Positions 56,952 to 64,000 of a stretch of 64,000 nt of DNA are shown piece by piece. A model generated the notes under the pieces. The model was given only the letters and a program-made list of their open reading frames with translations. It ran no database searches and was not told the DNA's origin. Each line of letters begins with the position of its first letter. The first letter of the stretch is position 1. The stretch comes from Microcoleus sp. (lineage in GTDB: Bacteria; Cyanobacteriota; Cyanobacteriia; Cyanobacteriales; Microcoleaceae). Where the stretch lies: positions 2,624,001 to 2,688,000 of the forward strand of contig CP181291.1 of the NCBI GenBank assembly GCA_052279835.1. The letters are read 5' to 3'. The translations under genes were made by a program, and so were the position numbers.

Positions 56952-59420
56952 TTACGACATCACGTTATGGGGAAATTTTTGTTTCAAAACTGGCATGATT
57001 GGACAAGGCTTGAGTTCTTGCAAATTATCGGGTTTGTTCCAAGTGAAAGGGCCTTTTTTTTCGGCTGCCATCCACAGCAAGCTTTTGGCTCTTGTCATGG
57101 CTACGTAGAGCAATCTAAATTCTTCTGCTGTTTTCAAATATCCCGCTTGTTCCCAGGCTTGAGTGAGAGTTGGAAAAGCTTCTTTTTTGTGTAAGCTAGC
57201 TCGGATTTGTGCTCTGGCTACTTCTGCTAAGGTAAAATCTCCTAAAAATTTCGCTTGTGGTAACACTCGCAAACTTCCGGGTATAATTTGGTCGTGTAGA
57301 AATGGGATGAAAACGCAATCCCAATCTAATCCTTTTGCTTTGTGCATGGTAATAATTGTTAGTTGACCTTTGCTGGTGTAGCGTTCTTCTATTTTTTCTT
57401 CGGCTTCTACTGGCTCAAATCTTTCGGAACTGACTATTTCGCTCAGGACACTCAAAATATTGCTCATTGAATTGTTGCCTATTGTTTGGATGGCGACTCG
57501 TTCTGCTAATTTTTCGGCGGTGGCTAATTCTGTTTGGTCGTATTGCAGTGCTAGGGCTAGAAATGAGATGATGTGATTGGGTGGAAGTTCGAGGCGTGCT
57601 TGCAACAAACCGCAGCAAAAGTAGCGACATTTAAGTACGGGGTCTAACTGTTTTGGGTCGAGGGGGCCTGGGTACAGAAATTGCTCTGGGCTAGTAGCTA
57701 AAGCATTGTAGTCTTGTTTGGGTATGAGTTGCCGATCGCTCAAAATCTTGAGTGCTGCTTTTAGGTAGTCTGGTGAGTGGGGGCGATCGAGAAATTGCAG
57801 TAATGTTAAGATTTCCCAAGGTACTTGAGAATGTCGATCGCGTTCTCCGACATCTTCTATCTTAATCCCATATTTTTTTAAATCTACGCTTAATCCATAT
57901 TTATGAGGATTTTCTAGCACCTCTTTGATTAACTTTCCTTGTTTGTTTTCTCTCACTAAAACAGCCATCGACTTGAGATGTTCTAAGGGCAATGTTTGCT
58001 GTGCTTTTTCCTCTCTCACCTCCCCTAACTCTTCAAGTTTATTTTCGGTAACTTTCCATTCAAAATCCGCAGGTAAAAATTCCTCAACTAAATGAATAAC
58101 TCGCTTGCCAATTAATTCTATGCTCTGGTAGATATCGCGGGGAGTGTACAATTCTAAGCCGCGACCAAGGGGTTCTGGGTTCGCATTTATTTGCTGGTCA
58201 TCGCTGCCAACAGCTTGAATATCTTGCTCGCGAAATGGCGGTTCTGTTCCCGCTAATTCGGACTCATTTACCCATTTCAAAATAAAGTTGGCTGCATCGA
58301 TAATCACCTGACTACTGCGACCAGCTACATACATTTTGGCTAACTTATTTTGACGTTCGCATTCATCACAAAAGTCGTTAAAATAAATCGGGTCTGCGGG
58401 TGTGAAAGTAGAATTTATCGCTTGATTTGGGTCGCCAACTCTGATAAAATTTTCCGGTAATTCAGGATGTTCTGGATCTTGAGCTAATGTTTGCAAAAGC
58501 TTAGTCTGTAAAGGTGTAGAATCTTGGGCTTCGTCTTCAAAAACGGCAAATACTTGTTTTTGCTCGATCGCCCTTGCTCTCGGATTCTCTAACACTCGCA
58601 AGGCTGCTAAAATCATTTCGTCGTAATCGATAAAATCCCGACTCTTCAACACAGCCTGATATTTCTGATATAAACCTCCTGCTACAGCTAAAATTTCATA
58701 ACTGTCTCCCGCAGACATAGCTCCCATTTCTAACAAATCTTCAGGAAATAAACCTGAAGATTTGGCTTCGTGAATTACAGTGGTAGCTAACTGTGGCAAA
58801 ATCTCAGTTCGTAAAACAGACTGTCGTCGCATTCTCTCCGTTTCTTCACCATCAAATTGCTGTCCTTCTAACAAACTTTGATATCTGCGGGGATGTTCCG
58901 CTATCCAACTTTCTACACAGGCGCGAATTAAGCGGTGACTTTGAGTGGTGTTAACTAAAGTTGAATTTTCTAAATTTAAACCCGATAAATCAGGATGGCG
59001 CCTCGCAATATTTAATGCCAAACCGTGTAAAGTGTTGACAACAAAACCGCCTTGGGGTAAGGACAATTCTTTCAATCTGTCGCGGATTTTAAATTTAATA
59101 TTAGCAGCAGCCGATCGCGTAAAAGTCACTACTACTAACTGACGACGGCTGTGAAGTTGATGGCGGGCGATCGCAATTGCCGACGCAGCAGCCATTCCCG
59201 TAGACTTCCCAGCCCCAGGCACCGCCGAAACCGCAAGGGGGCCACCTTGCCAATTTGCCATGTCTTTCTGGGCGTCACGCAAGCTGTCGCGAATCTTCTG
59301 ACAAGCTTGTTCTCGCAAAATGGATGCTAACTCCGCTCCTGATTGTGAAGTAAACAGGCTTTCGGGGCTTTTGATACCAGTAATTGAGGAAGTAAAATTA
59401 GGCTCGAATTCGTCAGTCAT
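56952..59420 (-). CDS. UvrD/Rep-family ATP-dependent helicase
   Basis: AVPGAGKS, TFTRSAA, EDEAQDS, VGDPNQAI, TMHKAKGLDW, LLYVAMTRAK. Confidence 0.9.
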   Translation of the reverse strand: MTDEFEPNFTSSITGIKSPESLFTSQSGAELASILREQACQKIRDSLRDAQKDMANWQGGPLAVSAVPGAGKSTGMAAASAIAIARHQLHSRRQLVVVTFTRSAAANIKFKIRDRLKELSLPQGGFVVNTLHGLALNIARRHPDLSGLNLENSTLVNTTQSHRLIRACVESWIAEHPRRYQSLLEGQQFDGEETERMRRQSVLRTEILPQLATTVIHEAKSSGLFPEDLLEMGAMSAGDSYEILAVAGGLYQKYQAVLKSRDFIDYDEMILAALRVLENPRARAIEQKQVFAVFEDEAQDSTPLQTKLLQTLAQDPEHPELPENFIRVGDPNQAINSTFTPADPIYFNDFCDECERQNKLAKMYVAGRSSQVIIDAANFILKWVNESELAGTEPPFREQDIQAVGSDDQQINANPEPLGRGLELYTPRDIYQSIELIGKRVIHLVEEFLPADFEWKVTENKLEELGEVREEKAQQTLPLEHLKSMAVLVRENKQGKLIKEVLENPHKYGLSVDLKKYGIKIEDVGERDRHSQVPWEILTLLQFLDRPHSPDYLKAALKILSDRQLIPKQDYNALATSPEQFLYPGPLDPKQLDPVLKCRYFCCGLLQARLELPPNHIISFLALALQYDQTELATAEKLAERVAIQTIGNNSMSNILSVLSEIVSSERFEPVEAEEKIEERYTSKGQLTIITMHKAKGLDWDCVFIPFLHDQIIPGSLRVLPQAKFLGDFTLAEVARAQIRASLHKKEAFPTLTQAWEQAGYLKTAEEFRLLYVAMTRAKSLLWMAAEKKGPFTWNKPDNLQELKPCPIMPVLKQKFPHNVMS

Positions 59421-59574
59421 GGGATTTTAGATAGGAGATTTTAGTTGATAAAAATATTTTTTACGCTCTACCGTTTCAATTTCTGTATCAGCTATCCTGA
59501 GACTATTGATTCCCGCTTAAGCTAAAACCACCATAACATTTAATACCCAAAGGTTTTTAGAGGACAAACTACCC

Positions 59575-60579
59575 ATGCAAATTTACCTTAAAACCAATTC
59601 CCAGCCACCTGTAAAGCAAAGTCGGAACGGATTAAACAAAAGCACAACTCGCTTTGCCCTAGTCGCATTTTTAACTTTATTCTCTACCATTGCTTTGCCT
59701 AGTTGTGGTACTCAACCCACCAGCCAGGAAAACCAAGTGGCTGCTGGCGCTCCACAAGCTTCTCCCGCACCCGCTGCACCCCCAGCAACCAGAGCAGAAT
59801 CGGCAGCATCAAAAATGGCTGCTGCACCAAAAGATGCCAAAGATGTCAAAGCAGAAACTCCTACCACTCGTCCTCAACTGATTAAAAAAGCCGAACTTGG
59901 TGTAGTTGTCAAATCTATTGATGCTAGCACTAAATCTGTGACTAACATTGTCGAAAAACAGCAAGGTGATATCTTGGGTTTCCAAAGCGAAAAGCCACCC
60001 GATTCTAGTATCCGACAAATGGCAACTTTACAGATTCGCGTGCCTCAAGAACGATTGGAAACTACTTTAGATAGTTTAGCAAAACTCGGAACCGTACAGA
60101 ATCGCGCTCTGACTGCGGAGGATGTGACTGCTCAGTTGGTGGACAATGAAGCTAGACTGCGGAATCTGCGTAAATCGGAGGAAGTGGTATTAAAAATTAT
60201 GGACCGTTCTGGTTCTGTGGGTGATGTACTCAAAGCTGCTCAAGAATTGAGCAATATTCGGGAGTCTATCGAACGGATTGATGCTCAGTTAAAGAGTTTG
60301 CGAAATCAAGTGGCTTATTCTACTATTAGTCTCACTTTAGAAGCAGCAGTATCTTCTCAACAAGTTCCAGAACCTTCTCTTGGTTTGCGGATTCAAGAAA
60401 CTTGGGGGAAAGCCACTCATTCTGTAGGAGAATTAACTTTTGGTTTGTTTGATTTAGGTATTTGGTTGTTGGCTTACACTCCTTATTTTTTGGTGATTGG
60501 AGCTGCGGTTTATGGTTTTAAGAAGTTTAAGAAACCACACTCAGTCCCCAAAATAGAGGAACAGAAATCCCTTGATTAG
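59575..60579 (+). CDS. DUF4349-like lipoprotein
   Basis: Lipobox-like LPSC, QLIKKA, IRVP, EDVT.Q.VD.EARL.NL, QVAYSTI, C-terminal TM. Confidence 0.8.
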   Translation: MQIYLKTNSQPPVKQSRNGLNKSTTRFALVAFLTLFSTIALPSCGTQPTSQENQVAAGAPQASPAPAAPPATRAESAASKMAAAPKDAKDVKAETPTTRPQLIKKAELGVVVKSIDASTKSVTNIVEKQQGDILGFQSEKPPDSSIRQMATLQIRVPQERLETTLDSLAKLGTVQNRALTAEDVTAQLVDNEARLRNLRKSEEVVLKIMDRSGSVGDVLKAAQELSNIRESIERIDAQLKSLRNQVAYSTISLTLEAAVSSQQVPEPSLGLRIQETWGKATHSVGELTFGLFDLGIWLLAYTPYFLVIGAAVYGFKKFKKPHSVPKIEEQKSLD

Positions 60580-60622
60580 TCATTGGTTATTAATTTTAAA
60601 AACAGGCTTTCCGGCCTGTCCT

Positions 60623-60740
60623 ACTCGTTACCAGGCTCTGCCTGGTAATGCAGATTCGGAGGCTCTGCCTCCAATTTCGATCGCAGCTTTTCGAGGCAGA
60701 GCCTCTGGATCTCGGTTCCCAGGCAGAGCCGGGGAACCAG
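60623..60740. repeat. composite hairpin repeat (GGCTCTGCCT / AGGCAGAGCC) between convergent genes
   Basis: TTACCAGGCTCTGCCTGGTAA, GAGGCTCTGCCTC...GAGGCAGAGCCTC, GGTTCCCAGGCAGAGCCGGGGAACC. Confidence 0.75.
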
Positions 60741-60771
60741 TTACAACCAACAAATCACAACTAACTATTAA

Positions 60772-61866
60772 CTAATCATCTATTTGCCATCCATCTTTGG
60801 TGTAATCTTCATCCAAAATCTTTTTCGGACGCATCACCAGCACAACTCGTCCTAAAATCTGAATATCCGGTGCTTCTTCAAACCAGTACAATTCCAAATT
60901 GCCACCGTTATCTGCCAGGAAATAACTATCAGCATCCCATTGTCTTTGAGAGCGATCGACAATAATTAAAATTTCTTCAATTTTGCCTTGCAGTGGCACC
61001 GGCAGTCGATCGCTCATTTCCAGAACCGCTACCGGATCTTCAGCATTCAAAATCACTTGCCAGCCCGGAATCGCCACCCAAGCTCCCGCTCCCGAAAATT
61101 TTACCATTCTCAACGGTCCAATTTCCTCTAGCAAAGGCACTGCCTGTAAATCTGTCACCGAAAGTGGCAATTTACCCACAACGGGGAGCATCCGGGGTAC
61201 TTGTTCCTCTGTGTCGAGCCTGTAAACGGGCAAACGGGGGGCAGAACGTCTCCGAACTACGGTAAAATCTACCAGCAACTGCTCGATTTGTTGTCGGGCG
61301 CTGTTGCTGCTAGCTAATTTTAAACCTCGCGCAATTAAGCGCGATCGCTCTTGCAAGTCACTGTTTTGTCTGGCTAATTGCCAGCACTGGTAAGCCATGG
61401 CATCGCCAGCAGTATCTGTGAAGCCTTGGGGCAGACTTCCAAAGCGTGAAAACTCCTTCATGGCTTTAGCGACATCACGGGCGTCGTCAACGTCCAAATT
61501 GTGGGCCAGTATCAACGCCGCCGCTGCCGCCCTTTCTGCTTGAGACAGAATCCGAAATTCATACAAAATATCGCTACCTTTGGCCAGAAAGTGCGATCGC
61601 ACTTCTTCGGAAGCCCCAGCATTTATCATGCTAGTGTAGACTTGTGCTGCAACGCTGACCTGATTTTGCTGAATTGGCTCAAAACCAGTTTCTTCAAAAA
61701 TTCTTTGAGAACTGTAGCCAGCTTTTTGCAGTGCTGTACAGGCTTGTCCCCAGTGTACCCAGCCACCTTCTTTGCGGCGGAGCGATCGAACTAAATTTTC
61801 GAGATCCACAGCATCAGCAGAGGGTTGAGATGCGGGTCCGGATGAATCTTGCGGTGTATCAGTCAT
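60772..61866 (-). CDS. raf1: RuBisCO accumulation factor 1
   Basis: LRRKEG.WV.WG, IFEETGFEP.QQNQ, PGWQV, C-terminal WQIDD. Confidence 0.92.
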   Translation of the reverse strand: MTDTPQDSSGPASQPSADAVDLENLVRSLRRKEGGWVHWGQACTALQKAGYSSQRIFEETGFEPIQQNQVSVAAQVYTSMINAGASEEVRSHFLAKGSDILYEFRILSQAERAAAAALILAHNLDVDDARDVAKAMKEFSRFGSLPQGFTDTAGDAMAYQCWQLARQNSDLQERSRLIARGLKLASSNSARQQIEQLLVDFTVVRRRSAPRLPVYRLDTEEQVPRMLPVVGKLPLSVTDLQAVPLLEEIGPLRMVKFSGAGAWVAIPGWQVILNAEDPVAVLEMSDRLPVPLQGKIEEILIIVDRSQRQWDADSYFLADNGGNLELYWFEEAPDIQILGRVVLVMRPKKILDEDYTKDGWQIDD

Positions 61867-62023
61867 AATTGGATCAAAAAGAAAGGCTCTCGTTAAGTGT
61901 GATTGAGTACCAGCAAGGCTCGTATTGTGGCAAAGGTTAGACTTTATAGTAAGTGATATATGAGACTATTGTTACAGAATAGTTCCTCGCCTAAATTTAC
62001 AGACGGGAGTTTATCGTATTGTT

Positions 62024-62968
62024 ATGGATAGTGCCATTCCCGAGCTAGACCAAATTAAACGCCAGCTCATGACCTTAAACCGACCGAAAAAGCCAAAAAT
62101 GTTGGTAGTAGACGACGAACCAGACAATCTGGATTTACTCTACCGCACTTTTCGACGCGATTTTAACGTACTCAAAGCAGAAAGCGGAATTCGTGCTTTA
62201 GAAGTATTGGAAAGCGAAGGCGAGGTTGCCGTCATCATTTCCGATCAGCGGATGCCAGAAATGAAGGGAACCGAGTTTCTCAGCAAAACTGTGTTTCAGT
62301 TTCCGAACACGGTCAGGATTATTTTGACTGGTTTTACGGATATTGAAGACTTGGTAGATGCGATTAACTCAGGACAGGTTTATAAGTATATCACTAAGCC
62401 TTGGGACCCGAACGAATTGAAAATGGTAGTCCAAAAGGCTGCCGAAACTTATGAAGTTCTCAAGCAGCGGACTGAGGAATTGCGTCGCGCCCAAAATCAA
62501 ATACAACTGTTAGCCACTATCATGCAAACGGCTTTGGAGTATCCGAATTTGGTAGCAACTTTAGACCCCATCGCTACTGCTATCAGTGATAATTTTTTGG
62601 CCGACACTTGCATTTTGCAACTGGTGGAAGGCAATGTTTTAGTCCCTGTTCAAGGTGGTCATACCAGCGGTGGTGCTCTGGAAAATTGGCTAGCAGATGA
62701 CCCTCTAGCTAGGGAGGCGATCGCTTCTCAAAATATTCAGGCTGCTGTGAATATTGCCACGGATGCAAACCTAGCTAGCCTGCCACACTATCAGCAATCT
62801 GCCATTAAATCCCATCTGACCATCCCGGTGGTTCACGGAGGTCGATCGATCGCCCTGATTTCCCTCCAGTGGAAGCAGCCTTGTACCCTTCGCCCGGACG
62901 AACTAACAACTGTTCACCTCGCAGCTCAACAAGTTGCGTTGGTAATAACAAGTTTTCAGGGTCAGTAG
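62024..62968 (+). CDS. response regulator with C-terminal GAF domain
   Basis: VVDDEPDN, ISDQRMPEM, YITKPW; GAF-like LTIPVV. Confidence 0.88.
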   Translation: MDSAIPELDQIKRQLMTLNRPKKPKMLVVDDEPDNLDLLYRTFRRDFNVLKAESGIRALEVLESEGEVAVIISDQRMPEMKGTEFLSKTVFQFPNTVRIILTGFTDIEDLVDAINSGQVYKYITKPWDPNELKMVVQKAAETYEVLKQRTEELRRAQNQIQLLATIMQTALEYPNLVATLDPIATAISDNFLADTCILQLVEGNVLVPVQGGHTSGGALENWLADDPLAREAIASQNIQAAVNIATDANLASLPHYQQSAIKSHLTIPVVHGGRSIALISLQWKQPCTLRPDELTTVHLAAQQVALVITSFQGQ

Positions 62969-63171
62969 TTATTAGTCATTGGTTATTGGTTATTGGTTAA
63001 TAGTTATTGGTTATTTATTAGTTTCAAAAAACACCATAAACCACCATAGATAAATAATAAATTCCAAAAAAAACTCAATAAAAAGCCAATAACAATAACC
63101 AATAGTAGTATTTCCCAAAAAAACCTCACAAAAACCCTAACCAACAATAAATAAGAAATAACAAATAACAA

Positions 63172-63873
63172 ATGACTAATAACCCAGAACAAATTAAAAA
63201 TATATTTAATCGAATAGCACCAATTTACAATCAATTAAACGATTGGTTGAGCTTGGGGCAGCACCGAATTTGGAAACAAATGGCGGTGAAATGGAGTAAT
63301 GCCCGCCCAGGCAATACTTGTTTAGACTTGTGTTGCGGTAGCGGGGATCTAGCTCTACTTTTATCCCAGCAAGCAGGCCCTAGCGGTTCTGTCTTTGGAG
63401 TGGATTTTTCACAAGAACAATTGGCTGTTGCAGCCCGTCGCGATCGACCTTTTCTCACTCCTTCTAGTCCCATTTCCTGGGTAGAAGCTGACGCCCTCAA
63501 TTTGCCTTTTCCCGATGATTACTTCGACTGCGCCACCATGGGTTACGGCCTCCGCAATGTGACTGATATCCCCCGCAGTCTTCAGGAATTGCACCGCGTA
63601 CTCAAACCTGGTGCAAGAGCAGCGATTCTCGACCTCCACCGCCCCAACAATTCCTTGATGCGGAGTTTTCAGCAGTTTTATCTCCAAAGTCTAGTAGTGC
63701 CAATGGCTCAGCAATTTGGCATGACTGAAGAATACGCCTATATCAATCCTAGTTTAGAAAAATTCCCGATGGGTTCGGAACAAGTGGCGATCGCCCACCA
63801 AGCCGGATTTACCAACGCCACACACTATCCTATTGCTGGAGCTATGATGGGAGTATTGGTCATTAGTCATTAG
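63172..63873 (+). CDS. menG: demethylphylloquinol/demethylmenaquinone methyltransferase
   Basis: FNRIAP.Y..LND.LS.G.HR.WK, LDLCCGSGD, GYGLRNV, LKPG. Confidence 0.9.
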   Translation: MTNNPEQIKNIFNRIAPIYNQLNDWLSLGQHRIWKQMAVKWSNARPGNTCLDLCCGSGDLALLLSQQAGPSGSVFGVDFSQEQLAVAARRDRPFLTPSSPISWVEADALNLPFPDDYFDCATMGYGLRNVTDIPRSLQELHRVLKPGARAAILDLHRPNNSLMRSFQQFYLQSLVVPMAQQFGMTEEYAYINPSLEKFPMGSEQVAIAHQAGFTNATHYPIAGAMMGVLVISH

Positions 63874-63970
63874 TCATTAGTTATCGGTTATTGGTTATTC
63901 CCAATTCCCAATTCCCAATTCCCAATTCCCAATTCCTAATTCCCAATTCCCAATTCCCAATTCCCAATTA
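63860..63970. repeat. STRR tracts (TCATTAG, CCCAATT/CCAATT)
   Basis: Directly visible tandem 6-7-mers. Confidence 0.9.
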
Positions 63971-64000
63971 TTGATGAACCCATCTGATATTTGGCTGTTT

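Noticed and set aside
63004..63234. Hydrophobic 76-aa minus-strand ORF
   Set aside because: Derived from A-rich STRR-like intergenic sequence and overlaps the menG start
63974..64000. Possible gene start ATGAACCCATCT at the window edge
   Set aside because: Only nine codons visible; cannot be identified

Overview
Filamentous cyanobacterial chromosome (Oscillatoriales/Microcoleus-like, inferred from dense HIP1 GCGATCGC, heptamer STRR tracts and many short MITE/REP-like elements). Most of the window is housekeeping: cimA, thiO, psbA, miaB, ddl, htrA-family protease, rlmD, mpg, cbiET, holA, rplT/rpmI, 6S RNA, purK, purD, nblS, S1 protein, UvrD-like helicase, raf1, menG. The unusual part is 21.2-29.95 kb (minus) plus 36.25-39.64 kb (plus). 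It holds four related cassettes facing outward around a 6-kb housekeeping block, with the inferred plan: shared leader -> small 4-Cys membrane protein -> exported partner (VEVDG-domain or beta-propeller-like) -> PEP-CTERM surface protein -> O-antigen-ligase/O-OTase-like gene. The two outer cassettes carry complementary deletions that meet at an inverted 16-bp identical site (22220-22235 / 37950-37965). Inverting the ~15.7 kb between these sites would rebuild an intact in-frame 667-aa PEP-CTERM gene coupled to the intact ligase. A 749-bp near-identical inverted repeat and mosaic leaders indicate recent exchange between cassettes, or an assembly artefact that must be excluded. Also seen: an orphan IS200/IS605-type right-end (omegaRNA-like) remnant, a perfect 36-bp HIP1-centred palindrome, a 4-Cys insertion in NblS, and a coupled CheY-CheC-GGDEF operon. 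All family calls are motif recognition by eye, without database searches.
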